This document shows, piece after piece, positions 46,844 to 55,957 of a stretch of 64,000 bases of DNA. Numbering within the stretch: position 1 is the stretch's first letter; each line of letters starts with the position of its first letter. Source of the DNA: a virus; the UHGV virus genome UHGV-1410950; one strand, 5' to 3'. The notes beneath the pieces are model-generated. The model made no database searches. It was not told where the DNA came from and was given only the letters and a program-made list of their open reading frames with translations. The position numbers and the translations under genes were made by a program.

Positions 46844-48355
46844 TCAAAAGGCATCGTCATCTTCATCAGGATCCGGCAGGTGCCGATCCTCGGTCTCCTC
46901 CGGGAATTCCTCTCCGGTGTAGAAGTGGACGGCCTTGCGCCCGGTAAGGTTCTGCCAGCGACGAATCGCCACATCTGCGAATCCCAGATCCAGCTCCATC
47001 ACGCGTGCGCATACGCCCATTCGCTCGGCGGCCACCAGTGAAGTACCAGAGCCGGAGAAGGGATCCACCATGATGTCATTGAGGCGCACGGTGTTCTTCA
47101 TCATGCGCTCCCACAGCTCCACGGGCTTCTGCGTCGGGTGCAGGTCGCTGCGGTCAGGACGCGGCACGCTGACCACGCTGCCCAGCATTGACTCCACCTT
47201 GGCGTCGCCTTCCACCCGCATGATGAGATCGCCGTACTGGAAATACCAGTTACCCTCGGCATCCTGTTTGAATGGGCTTGAGTCGCCAAACTCCGCGACG
47301 GTCGTTTGCTTCCTGCCACCGTGCCAGCGGTGCTTGGCACCCTTGCGCCAGCCGTACAGGATTGGTTCATGGATGCTTTGGAAGTCAGCCATGCCCAGTG
47401 TCATGCTGTTCTTCTTCCAGATGACATTCTGGGAGAAGTGGAAACCGACCTTTTCAAACGCCCAGCGCAGGCCATGGGCCATCTTGTCGGAGTGGCTGAT
47501 ATAGGTCACGCCGCCCGGCTGCATCGCGTCATAGGCGCAGCTCAGGACATTGACGAGGAACTGATTAAAGTCCTCCTCGTTTTTCCAGTCGTTAGCGATC
47601 CCGCCAGTGCGCGAGCGCTCGCCTCCGATAGCCTTATCCATGCGCTTATTCTTCTTGCCCACATCGACGTTATACGGGGGATCGGTCAGCATCATGTTGG
47701 CCTTCTCGCCCTGCATCAGCGCCAGCCAGCTTTCCGGCTGCTCAGCATCACCCACGTACAGGCGATGAGCGCCCAGCACCCACAGGTCGCCCGGACGGCT
47801 CTTTGGCTCATCAGGCAGCGGTGGGGCATCATCAGGATCGCTGTCACCACCTCCTCCCTCCATCGGCGGCAGCTTCATGATCTCGTCCAGCTGCTCAGGG
47901 TCGAAGCCGATAACATCCAGATCGTAGTCCAGATCAGCCAGGGCATTCATTTCGATGCGCAGCATGTCCATGTTCCACTCGGACGCCCGGCCCAGCTGGT
48001 TATCCGCGATGATGTACGCGCGGCGCTTAGCCTCATCCCAGCCAGTGCAGTCCAGCGTCGGCACCATGCCAATAGGGATCGGCGTGCCATCCGGGAAAGC
48101 AATTTGCTTGCCCTCGCTGTACAGCTTCATCGCTGCCAGCTGGCGTCCATGGCCTGCCACAATCCCTTGCTCATCGACGAGGATGGCATTAGTCCACCCG
48201 AATTCAAGCATCGACGCGGCGACCTTCTGGACGTGTGCCGGGCTATGGTCATTTGAGTTGTTCACGTAGGGGATGAGGCTATCAACCGGGCGCAGCCGGA
48301 TCATCGGGGGGATCACGTCCAGCCCCAGCATCTTGTTAAAATCTTTATCAGCCAC
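46844..48355 (-). CDS. ParB-like nuclease domain fused to DNA N6-adenine/N4-cytosine methyltransferase (DPPY family)
   Basis: 503 aa with an N-terminal ParB/Srx-like segment and a C-terminal methyltransferase with LTDPPYNVDVGKK (motif IV) and an AdoMet-binding region (MVDPFSGSGTS). Confidence 0.8.
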   Translation of the reverse strand: MADKDFNKMLGLDVIPPMIRLRPVDSLIPYVNNSNDHSPAHVQKVAASMLEFGWTNAILVDEQGIVAGHGRQLAAMKLYSEGKQIAFPDGTPIPIGMVPTLDCTGWDEAKRRAYIIADNQLGRASEWNMDMLRIEMNALADLDYDLDVIGFDPEQLDEIMKLPPMEGGGGDSDPDDAPPLPDEPKSRPGDLWVLGAHRLYVGDAEQPESWLALMQGEKANMMLTDPPYNVDVGKKNKRMDKAIGGERSRTGGIANDWKNEEDFNQFLVNVLSCAYDAMQPGGVTYISHSDKMAHGLRWAFEKVGFHFSQNVIWKKNSMTLGMADFQSIHEPILYGWRKGAKHRWHGGRKQTTVAEFGDSSPFKQDAEGNWYFQYGDLIMRVEGDAKVESMLGSVVSVPRPDRSDLHPTQKPVELWERMMKNTVRLNDIMVDPFSGSGTSLVAAERMGVCARVMELDLGFADVAIRRWQNLTGRKAVHFYTGEEFPEETEDRHLPDPDEDDDAF

Positions 48356-48890
48356 GTTCGATCACCACTCTAATGTTGGTTTCATTGCCATTGCCCTTAT
48401 CCAGCCCCCACGCCTTACGCTCCCCGTTCTGGGTGTTGGTCAGCGTTTCGGAGGTGATTTTGGCGAGTTTAGCCAGATCAAAGTTTTTGTCTTTGATGGC
48501 CTGATAGGCGAGGGTGCGCGGGTAGTCCCATTCCTTCTGGTGCTTCTCCAGCAGGTTGGCGCGAGCCAGCGCAGCGAACTCGGCGGTAATCTCATCCGCC
48601 AGCGCGTTGAGCTCGTCCTCAGTGACTACGCCCAGTTTGGCCCGGCGCTTCTTGAACTCCTCCAGCGCCTCTTTGCTCATCCCGCTCAGGTTGGGATCCT
48701 GCTTGCGCCAGCCCTCCACGCGGACTTTTCCAGAAATGGTGTCAGGCGCTACGTTAAATTCCTTGGCGAGAAGCGACGGCGTGGCTTCCGGGTCACTCTC
48801 GTAACGGATCCGCAGTGCCGTCCATGCCTCTGCCGACAGCTTGACGCGAGGCTTGCGCCCCGTGGCTTTTGTCTTACGCGGCGTCACCAT
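48348..48890 (-). CDS. HTH DNA-binding protein (180 aa); possible terminase small-subunit-like
   Basis: The N-terminal segment (LAKEFNVAPDTISGKVRVEGW) resembles the HTH of Terminase_5/TerS-like proteins. Lies far from the large terminase gene. Confidence 0.35.
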   Translation of the reverse strand: MVTPRKTKATGRKPRVKLSAEAWTALRIRYESDPEATPSLLAKEFNVAPDTISGKVRVEGWRKQDPNLSGMSKEALEEFKKRRAKLGVVTEDELNALADEITAEFAALARANLLEKHQKEWDYPRTLAYQAIKDKNFDLAKLAKITSETLTNTQNGERKAWGLDKGNGNETNIRVVIERG

Positions 48891-49049
48891 AATTTCCTCC
48901 TTTAGCGCCGTCCTTGGCGCGGGTGTTAATGACTGGATTCCTGACGTTTCTTTTCCTCTGCGGTGCAGAGGTCAAGCAGCGTCTGCGAGTGGGCAGCGAA
49001 AGACTGCGCCAGCGTTGAGAGGCTGTTTCTCAGGTTGTGCATGTTGTGC

Positions 49050-49454
49050 TCATCGGCCTGCACGGCTACATGCGTCAGATGAGCAGCGGTGTTTGCACTG
49101 TCCTTTGCCAGCTCCAGCAGGTTTGGGAACGGTGTGAACATCGAACAATTCAGCATCGAGGTTTCGGACATTTGGGGTCTCCTTGCGGACGAATAACTGG
49201 TGGAATCGTGCGGGCTGCAACAGGAGCGTGCCGCCTCGCGGCGCGGTAACGAGGTATTGTCCGGCCTGCGGGCGCATCAGGGTAGCCCACTCAGGATTCA
49301 CCACCAGCGGCGCGATATCCTCATGGAACACGATGACCATGCCTGCGGTCGGGTGCAATTTCATATCCCGGATGCGGTGCGCTGTCACCATGGGCAGCTG
49401 GTAGGGCACGCGGGGGCGATAATGGCTCAGGCCAAACGGGCTATTCTTCTGCAT
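49050..49454 (-). CDS. Hypothetical protein
   Basis: ORF-track entry only. Confidence 0.3.
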   Translation of the reverse strand: MQKNSPFGLSHYRPRVPYQLPMVTAHRIRDMKLHPTAGMVIVFHEDIAPLVVNPEWATLMRPQAGQYLVTAPRGGTLLLQPARFHQLFVRKETPNVRNLDAELFDVHTVPKPAGAGKGQCKHRCSSDACSRAGR

Positions 49455-49842
49455 GACTTCCTACCCATCCAAACGGGGTTTTATAAAATCCAGCCTCGAT
49501 CATGGAGGCTTCGGACAGCTTCTTGAGGCGGGCGTACAGCTCAGGCGCTTTTCCGGTGCCAGATTCCTGACCTTTCCGGTAGAGCGCAGCCAGCACATCC
49601 CACTCATCCAGATACGGAGCAAGGCGCGGGCAGTTGAGTTTCATCAGATCGAAACGGGATCGCAGCTCCGGCACGGCTTCCATCAGGCGATAACAGCGAC
49701 CAAAGTCAGACGGGTCATGCGGGATGTCTCCGCCTTTTACCGGGCGAATAGCAGCTTTCAGCATGGTTTTTGATGATGAGCCAGTATCGTTACCCAGCGA
49801 CCACTCCAGCAGCTTAAACATCGTATCGACTGGCATACTCAT
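49441..49842 (-). CDS. Hypothetical protein (133 aa)
   Basis: ORF-track entry only. Confidence 0.35.
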   Translation of the reverse strand: MSMPVDTMFKLLEWSLGNDTGSSSKTMLKAAIRPVKGGDIPHDPSDFGRCYRLMEAVPELRSRFDLMKLNCPRLAPYLDEWDVLAALYRKGQESGTGKAPELYARLKKLSEASMIEAGFYKTPFGWVGSHAEE

Positions 49843-50135
49843 GCGCCGGGCCCTCCAGCAACGTGACGCGCCGGGCCATCAGCAGGCCATCCGCCATCAA
49901 CGGGAGCGGCTGACGGCTTCGGGTATTCGCGGGTGTCATTCACATCGCGCAGGCAGGTGATAGCGCGGTTGTACGCCGTCCAACAGGTTACGCCCAGCTC
50001 GCTGTCATGCACGCGGGAGACTACGCCTGTGATTTTGGTTTCCTTCGACGGGTAATTTGCTGTCTGGTCTGGATCATCGCAGGAGGCGACCAGAAACGGC
50101 ACCAGTGCGGCGATCAGCAGTTTGGCCTTCATCAT
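49839..50135 (-). CDS. Small lipoprotein (98 aa); candidate Cor/Llp-type superinfection-exclusion protein
   Basis: Signal peptide with lipobox (MMKAKLLIAALVPFLVAS-C). Size and type resemble phage exclusion lipoproteins. Confidence 0.5.
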   Translation of the reverse strand: MMKAKLLIAALVPFLVASCDDPDQTANYPSKETKITGVVSRVHDSELGVTCWTAYNRAITCLRDVNDTREYPKPSAAPVDGGWPADGPARHVAGGPGA

Positions 50136-50207
50136 TGGGTTGTCCTTGTTAAAAAGCGCTCAGAGAGCGTCTGAGCGCGTTATGGTTGATTCTATTCTTT
50201 TTTGCGA

Positions 50208-50999
50208 CTACTCGCCAGCAGCAAGCGGAACAGCGCATTGATGACTAGCATTAAACGGGTATATCAGCCCGCACTTGTCACAGCACTTTGTCAGGCTGGA
50301 TCCCTGCCAGTGTTGCAGGTTGTTGTTTGGGTTCCACGGGCTCTTTGGATCCTTCCAGTCGAAAGGCTCGCAGAATGATGCAGGTCTCAGCTCGACTGAA
50401 TTACTGGCGCATTGATTTCCCCAAGTATGCCAGCCTTGGAGAGATTCACGCGCGAATAGCTCAATGCGTGGCACATCGCCATACAGCTCCTCGATGCGGT
50501 GGAAAATCTCTTTCGGCTTCTCGGAGTGCTCGCCCAGACAGGAGAAGATAATCTGGCGCACGCTGGCGCTGGCACGCTCCAGACCTTTGCCACGGACGGC
50601 GATCAGGGCGCTTTCCTGATTCTGGCGCGAGTAGTTGCCACCGTTGATTTTTACCTCGGCGTTCAGGAAGTCCAGCAGGTCTTCCCAGTCGAAGAACTCA
50701 GACCTATCCAGCTTGCGGTTAAATCGCTCAGGCGCGTTCTTGTTGAACTTCACCCACGTAAACGCTGTCATTGACCGGACATCGAAGCCCCACGCCTCAG
50801 CCAGTGCCACGGCCTCCTCGGCGTGCGTGGAGGTGTACCACATCACCAGCACGGCATCATCATCAGCCAGCGTCTCCACGGGCAGGCGCTTCATGTCACG
50901 CAGGCTCATGGTCGGGTAGTGGTTCTCAGCCGCCCCATTGCTGATCGTGTTGTTGTACTGCCACGGCGGATCGCACAGGATAACTTTGTACTTACCCAC
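50208..50999 (-). CDS. DNA N6-adenine methyltransferase, MT-A70/Dam-like (DPPW motif)
   Basis: ILCDPPWQYNN near the N-terminus, typical of phage MT-A70-family Dam enzymes. Confidence 0.7.
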   Translation of the reverse strand: MGKYKVILCDPPWQYNNTISNGAAENHYPTMSLRDMKRLPVETLADDDAVLVMWYTSTHAEEAVALAEAWGFDVRSMTAFTWVKFNKNAPERFNRKLDRSEFFDWEDLLDFLNAEVKINGGNYSRQNQESALIAVRGKGLERASASVRQIIFSCLGEHSEKPKEIFHRIEELYGDVPRIELFARESLQGWHTWGNQCASNSVELRPASFCEPFDWKDPKSPWNPNNNLQHWQGSSLTKCCDKCGLIYPFNASHQCAVPLAAGE

Positions 51000-51261
51000 G
51001 GTTGCCCCCTTTGATTCGGGCCAGCTTATCGGCGGTGTTTTCGGTCGGCTGATACTTGGCGTTGGGGAATACCTTCGCCAGCACCTCAGAGTTGTTCACC
51101 TGATCAATGGCCTCGCACATGCAGGTATAACCAGCTGGCAGCGCGTCGAGGTCGGGGATTTTACCGCACTTACATGGTCTCATGGTCTGATTTCCCCTGA
51201 TTGCTGGCGTCCAGCGCCTTTTCCAGCTGGTCGATGGCGACAGCCTGCACCAGCTTCCCAT
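50992..51261 (-). CDS. Hypothetical small Cys-rich protein
   Basis: Probable internal start MRPCKCGKIPDLD... with a CxC...CxC motif. Confidence 0.3.
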   Translation of the reverse strand: MGSWCRLSPSTSWKRRWTPAIRGNQTMRPCKCGKIPDLDALPAGYTCMCEAIDQVNNSEVLAKVFPNAKYQPTENTADKLARIKGGNRG

Positions 51262-51715
51262 ACTGACGGAAACAGGTGATGACCTTTCCTGCTTCGTCCC
51301 GGAGGTTGTCGATATAGCCGACGAGTGAGCCGCCCTCAGGGATCTCGCACTCCTGCGCTAGCTGGTAATAAATATCGGCAGCGTCCCGGTAAGCGGTCTG
51401 CCCGGTTCCCGGCTTAATCAGCAGCTCCTCGCGCAGAGCATCGCGCTCAGTGCTGGTGTTGTGCAGCTGGGTGCGCAGTCGGGCCAGCTCAATCTCCTGC
51501 TGCTCCAGCAGTGTGGTCAGCTCGGCATTGGCGTCGCGCTGGCTGTTCAGCTCGGCAGGCTTCAACAGGGCCAGCTGAGACATCAGGGAGTCAATCTCAC
51601 GGTGCAGCGTTTCAGTGTGGATCTGCCCGTTGCGGTACAGGCGCACCAACGAGTTAAATTGCTTGCGCAAGGTCTCGTAATCCTCGGCGGGTTTCGGGTT
51701 GAATTCGGTAGCCAT
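51170..51715 (-). CDS. Hypothetical coiled-coil protein (181 aa)
   Basis: Heptad-rich central region. Confidence 0.35.
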   Translation of the reverse strand: MATEFNPKPAEDYETLRKQFNSLVRLYRNGQIHTETLHREIDSLMSQLALLKPAELNSQRDANAELTTLLEQQEIELARLRTQLHNTSTERDALREELLIKPGTGQTAYRDAADIYYQLAQECEIPEGGSLVGYIDNLRDEAGKVITCFRQYGKLVQAVAIDQLEKALDASNQGKSDHETM

Positions 51716-51717
51716 GG

Positions 51718-51999
51718 TTATTCGCCCTCTTTCGGGGTTGTGGTCTTCTCCGCACGCAGCACCATGCGGGTGCCATCCTCCAGATCCCAGTGAATCTCAC
51801 CGCCCTCAGCCATCACCAGCTGATACACCAGCTGAGCGGCCTCATTAGTCACATCACGGCCCCGGTCATTGCCGACGCGGTGAAGATGACCGTTATCCAT
51901 CCGCTTCATCTTCGCCAGCTGGATGGTCTTTGTGAGCGGGGAGAATCCCAGCTCCAGACGCGGGGCGCGTTTGACTTCTACGCCTACTTTGTTAGCCAT
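51718..51999 (-). CDS. Hypothetical protein (93 aa)
   Basis: ORF-track entry. Confidence 0.35.
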   Translation of the reverse strand: MANKVGVEVKRAPRLELGFSPLTKTIQLAKMKRMDNGHLHRVGNDRGRDVTNEAAQLVYQLVMAEGGEIHWDLEDGTRMVLRAEKTTTPKEGE

Positions 52000-52001
52000 G
52001 G

Positions 52002-52478
52002 TTAATCCTTGAAAAAAGTTACCCAGTGGGTGTTTGCCCGGATGCCGGACGGATGACCGAAAGCGGGTTTCATTTCCGCCAGTTTGAGCAGCTCGCGGGT
52101 TGGCACATGCAGCTCATTCCATTTGAAGATCAGCGTGCCGTGCGGCTTGAGCACGCGCCATGCCTCAGCGAATCCGGCGCGGATGTCATCGCGCCATGTC
52201 TTCTTGTTCAGGATGCCGTACTTCTTGCCCTGCCAGCCGTTTGGCCCGCACTTGAGCAAATGAGGCGGGTCGAACACGATGAGGCTAAACGTGGCGTCGG
52301 CAAACGGCAGCGCCCGGAAGTCAGCCACGATGTCGGGATGGATTTTCAGCTCCCGGTCATCGCATAAGATATGCTCCTCGTCCCGGATATCCATGAAGAC
52401 GACGCGGGGATCCTCCCGGTCGAACCAAAACATGCGCGAACCGCAGCACATGTCGAGAATGGGTTTGTTAGTGGTCAT
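52002..52478 (-). CDS. Small SAM-dependent DNA methyltransferase-like protein (DPPH motif)
   Basis: ILDMCCGSR (motif I-like) followed by LIVFDPPHL (motif IV). 158 aa. Confidence 0.6.
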   Translation of the reverse strand: MTTNKPILDMCCGSRMFWFDREDPRVVFMDIRDEEHILCDDRELKIHPDIVADFRALPFADATFSLIVFDPPHLLKCGPNGWQGKKYGILNKKTWRDDIRAGFAEAWRVLKPHGTLIFKWNELHVPTRELLKLAEMKPAFGHPSGIRANTHWVTFFKD

Positions 52479-52723
52479 GCGGCCTTCTTTTTGGTTTTGT
52501 GGTACACGGCCCAGCTCAGGGCATCCAGCTTCTTCATCCCCTTGGTGTCATACAGGAAGATGGTCGGCCTGCCGTTCTCTACGCAGCGCCCATCGGCGTC
52601 GCGGGGATTGGCGTGCTCCTCTTTGACCTGCCGCTCCAGCTCGGCAAGGTCATCGAAAGAGTGCTGGGCCAGCAGGTGCGCTTTCCAGCCGTAATTACGG
52701 ATTTTCACGATCCCGCTCCTCAT
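52475..52723 (-). CDS. Hypothetical protein (82 aa)
   Basis: ORF-track entry with a 4-nt overlap to the downstream gene. Confidence 0.3.
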   Translation of the reverse strand: MRSGIVKIRNYGWKAHLLAQHSFDDLAELERQVKEEHANPRDADGRCVENGRPTIFLYDTKGMKKLDALSWAVYHKTKKKAA

Positions 52724-53168
52724 GCGCCACGCCTGACTCTTTGAGCATATCGGTCGCCGTGTCCAGTGTGACGATCACCCATGAATCTGGGTTCATCATG
52801 TCTTCCATCGTGCGCCCGTTGGTTGCCAGCTTGCGGGCCAGCTTCTTCTCCATCTGGTGATTCTCGTCCTCGATCACCTTGATGAAAGACTCAGGGAAAA
52901 AGCTGGTCGCCATCTGCTCCAGCGTCCTGCGCAGGCGCGGGGATTCAACAGAGCGCAGGCGGTAGCGGGCGCAGCCATTCAGCGCTTGTCGCACGCTGCG
53001 CTTGTCATACTTAGCGGCGGCACGGCACAAATTGAGGATGTCCAGCGTGTCCGGGAATTCAGCGTACTGGCTGAGGCGGATCATCTGCTGGACGGGGCTC
53101 AGTTTCATGGGTCGGTTATCCTTGCGTTGGTTATTCTTCGAGTACAGCAGCCAGCTTCTTCCTGGCAT
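52695..53168 (-). CDS. Hypothetical protein
   Basis: ORF-track entry. Likely start MKLSPVQQMIRL. Confidence 0.35.
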   Translation of the reverse strand: MPGRSWLLYSKNNQRKDNRPMKLSPVQQMIRLSQYAEFPDTLDILNLCRAAAKYDKRSVRQALNGCARYRLRSVESPRLRRTLEQMATSFFPESFIKVIEDENHQMEKKLARKLATNGRTMEDMMNPDSWVIVTLDTATDMLKESGVAHEERDRENP

Positions 53169-53355
53169 CTTTTAGTTGTTGCGCATACATCCAGTCAGTG
53201 CCCCCGTACTCGCGGCGAATGGTGATATCGACAGTCCGCCCGCAGTCGAGGCGGCGGCGCAGGTAATACCCGCCATACGGGAAATGCTCATCGGCTGGAA
53301 TGGGCATATTGGTGATTTTCTTAGACATTGCGGGCCTCTCTCTCTTTGGTGGCAA
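53131..53355 (-). CDS. Hypothetical small protein
   Basis: ORF-track entry. Likely start MSKKITNMPIP. Confidence 0.3.
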   Translation of the reverse strand: MPPKRERPAMSKKITNMPIPADEHFPYGGYYLRRRLDCGRTVDITIRREYGGTDWMYAQQLKDARKKLAAVLEE

Positions 53356-53578
53356 AATGCAGTTGCATTACACGGTCGTGTAATTCCATTCTGGCATCAC
53401 GGCCTCGCTTTTTCTCGATGGCATCCAGCAGCGCATAACGGTCGGCCTTGGTCGGGAGGTTCAGCACGTACCGGGCCTCACATTCCAGTAACCATTCGCG
53501 GGAATCGCTTGGCACCTGCTGACCATTCACCAGCTCCACCAGTGGGGCCTTCCAGCTGCACGCGTTTCTCGTTTCCAT
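53321..53578 (-). CDS. Hypothetical protein (85 aa)
   Basis: ORF-track entry. Confidence 0.35.
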   Translation of the reverse strand: METRNACSWKAPLVELVNGQQVPSDSREWLLECEARYVLNLPTKADRYALLDAIEKKRGRDARMELHDRVMQLHFATKEREARNV

Positions 53579-53680
53579 AGTCTGCTCCTTACGTCATATG
53601 CGACGTTGATAATACATCATTTATGATGCGACGCAAACAAAAAAGGCCCGCATTAGCGAGCCTTATTGAGATCGAACTTA

Positions 53681-54244
53681 TTACCGGACGGTGTGGATTG
53701 TTGCGCCAGCGCTGTTCATCACAAACACGGAGTCGCCGGGGTAGACGAACTGATAAAACACGCCTTTGGTAAACTCGTTATCGTTCAGCGCCCCGCGCTC
53801 ATGATGCTCGGCATCCAGCACGACAATGCCCAGAGCCTGACCGATCCAGAATTCCGGGCGACGGTGTTCGATCATTTCCTCAGGGTAGAGGATTTTGGTC
53901 GCCTCGGCGTCCTCGTAGAATGGAGGATGAAATTCGAGGTAATCATACCCGCCCAGCTCTTTCCAGTCGTTAGTCTTGCCGTAGTTGCAGCACCCCACGG
54001 TTTCCTCAACAGGCAGCGAGTTGATGTAATCGCTCTCGCGGTTGTTGCACTCCACCAGATGTGCCATAACCTGATCCCATGTCTCGGAACCGGGCAGCGC
54101 GATAACTGGCGTCTTGACCTCATGGATCACCACAACATTGTTGATAATAGTCTTGATAGTAAACATGTCTTTCTCCTGATTTCTTCGGCTTCTGGTTGAA
54201 TTGCCGCATCGCTGCGGCATCAGGAGAATACTGTCACGACGCAT
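53681..54244 (-). CDS. Hypothetical protein
   Basis: Likely start MFTIKTIINN at about 54166 with an AGGAGAAAGAC RBS. The GCGTCGTGAC motif and a hairpin lie upstream. Confidence 0.4.
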   Translation of the reverse strand: MRRDSILLMPQRCGNSTRSRRNQEKDMFTIKTIINNVVVIHEVKTPVIALPGSETWDQVMAHLVECNNRESDYINSLPVEETVGCCNYGKTNDWKELGGYDYLEFHPPFYEDAEATKILYPEEMIEHRRPEFWIGQALGIVVLDAEHHERGALNDNEFTKGVFYQFVYPGDSVFVMNSAGATIHTVR

Positions 54245-54579
54245 TAAAACTCGTCACCCACGTAAAATACAAGTACCCCACTAACTAACTCCCATCTCCA
54301 CTTATCATCTTCGATGATTTTTTCTTTATCACCGACATCTAATATCGACTCTTTTCCGAAAACATCATCAACAAAAACAAGCCGCCCATAATCACCGCAA
54401 ATAATTGGTGCCATTTCTGATATTCCTTCACCATACGAAGCCCAGCCTATAATCGGGACGTAGAATGAATTCAGCCCCTTGAGGTGTGCCGCTGCTTCTA
54501 CTTTTCCTGCTTCAACCTCCACATACCAGAACTGACCTGCGGGGCATGGGATAAAACTATTTGAATTTATTTTTGACAT
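54244..54579 (-). CDS. Hypothetical protein (111 aa) in a low-GC islet
   Basis: Local GC is about 40% against about 57% in the flanks. No domain recognised. Confidence 0.4.
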   Translation of the reverse strand: MSKINSNSFIPCPAGQFWYVEVEAGKVEAAAHLKGLNSFYVPIIGWASYGEGISEMAPIICGDYGRLVFVDDVFGKESILDVGDKEKIIEDDKWRWELVSGVLVFYVGDEF

Positions 54580-54585
54580 TATTAA

Positions 54586-54768
54586 TTACCTCTCTGGTCT
54601 ACGTTGATTATCAATTATTTTATTTAGTTCAGTGGTTAGTAGCCAGTAGCTGCCCCCCGGTCTCGTTATGCCGTCAGGTGCTGGGATTTTTCCCAAAATA
54701 ACCAAACGCTCTAATTGGCGAATGCTAACTCTTAATTTTTTCGCCATGTCTGGCTTAAAAACTCGCAT
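54586..54768 (-). CDS. Excisionase/AlpA-like winged-HTH DNA-binding protein (about 60 aa) in the low-GC islet
   Basis: Start MRVFKPDMAKKL with an AAGGAA RBS. The motif RQLERLVILGKIPAP...GGSYW resembles Xis/TorI/AlpA-type wHTH proteins. Confidence 0.4.
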   Translation of the reverse strand: MRVFKPDMAKKLRVSIRQLERLVILGKIPAPDGITRPGGSYWLLTTELNKIIDNQRRPER

Positions 54769-54994
54769 GGGTTGATTCCTTGCGTAATAGCCGGACGTAA
54801 TAGACCAGCCATGATTTCGGGGTGATGGTGCCGGGCAACATAGCCGGAAGTTGGGCCACATGCTTATCAAGCACCTCAGTGATTATGGCGTCCCGCGAAG
54901 CGGCGGGATCACCATCAATGCGTTGCAGCATTTCAGCCAGGCATAACCGGGCGCTTTGCCGCAGCGCATTTTTCAGCTCCTGCGGCAGTGCCAT
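54755..54994 (-). CDS. Hypothetical protein (79 aa)
   Basis: ORF-track entry. Confidence 0.3.
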   Translation of the reverse strand: MALPQELKNALRQSARLCLAEMLQRIDGDPAASRDAIITEVLDKHVAQLPAMLPGTITPKSWLVYYVRLLRKESTHASF

Positions 54995-55539
54995 TATTGC
55001 GCCGGGGCCTGCGCGTCACCATCAAGCGGGTGCGCAGCAGGATCAGCGGTCGCGCCAGCTCCTACCAGCTCGTTTTCCGGCCCAGCCACTTCCGGCTTTG
55101 GGGTGGCAACATCTGCCGGGTTAGCCTGCCAGCGACGATAGAGATCCATCGCTTTGGCCTGCTCCTCTGCACGCTTCTGGAAATGCTCGCCAAACTCGCG
55201 CGGGTAGAACCAGACATCATCGATCAGGTTGCCGATGCCAATAATCTGATTCCCCTGAATGGCGATACGGCACGCCTGACCATTCAGCGCTTCCCACGTA
55301 GCCACTCCAACGGTGCTCAGCACGCGACCGATGTACGAGATACCGAAAGCAGTCTGCTGGTCTTCCTGCTCCATTGACTGCGCATCAGCGTGCAGGATGT
55401 AGCCGCCAAAGTTAACGCCCAGATTAGCCGCTTTCAGCTGAATGGACGAATTCATGGTAGAGCCATCCCATCCCAGCTGGGTGTTAACGATACGGGCGTT
55501 GAGCACCTCAACCGGGCGCTGTTCAGTGGTTTGTTCCAT
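54994..55539 (-). CDS. Hypothetical protein (181 aa)
   Basis: ORF-track entry. No confident family assignment. Confidence 0.4.
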   Translation of the reverse strand: MEQTTEQRPVEVLNARIVNTQLGWDGSTMNSSIQLKAANLGVNFGGYILHADAQSMEQEDQQTAFGISYIGRVLSTVGVATWEALNGQACRIAIQGNQIIGIGNLIDDVWFYPREFGEHFQKRAEEQAKAMDLYRRWQANPADVATPKPEVAGPENELVGAGATADPAAHPLDGDAQAPAQ

Positions 55540-55548
55540 GGTAAATCC

Positions 55549-55911
55549 TTATCGGGTTTGTTTTGAATGGTCGAGCTCGGCAAGCGCCTCACTCATCTTT
55601 TCGAGTGCTTCAATCATCTGCCCACTGGCTGACAGTGGGCCGCGCGTGCTGGCCTGTTCTGTCAGCAGCTTGCAGGCATCAACAACCTTCCTGATAGCTG
55701 GCAGGGAGCCCATAGACAGCATCTGCATGAAATAGAACTCCCCCGGCATGATGGTTGACAGCATTTCGCCGCTGCCTGCCGGATCTCTGCGGCCTTCTTC
55801 CTTACGCTGATAATTGCGAAGGGTATGGCCCAGCAGGTCAGCCATTGCCTGCTGCGTCATGCCTGCGGCAATGCGGGCCTCACGTACTTCTGCCCCGGTG
55901 ATTTTAATCAT
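55549..55911 (-). CDS. XRE-family (Cro/CI-type) HTH transcriptional regulator
   Basis: The N-terminal segment (EVREARIAAGMTQQAMADLLGHTLRNYQRKEEG) is a canonical HTH_XRE. Confidence 0.7.
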   Translation of the reverse strand: MIKITGAEVREARIAAGMTQQAMADLLGHTLRNYQRKEEGRRDPAGSGEMLSTIMPGEFYFMQMLSMGSLPAIRKVVDACKLLTEQASTRGPLSASGQMIEALEKMSEALAELDHSKQTR

Positions 55912-55957
55912 TGGTGTTTCCTGCTTAGTTCAAAGGTACGGCAAGTGTAGCACGTCA

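Noticed and set aside
48348-48890. Calling this HTH protein the terminase small subunit outright
   Set aside because: Only a generic HTH resemblance, and it lies 19 kb from the large terminase. Kept as a low-confidence alternative.
54994-55539. 181-aa protein as a recombinase (Erf/Bet/Gam-like)
   Set aside because: No convincing motif match from inspection. Left as hypothetical.
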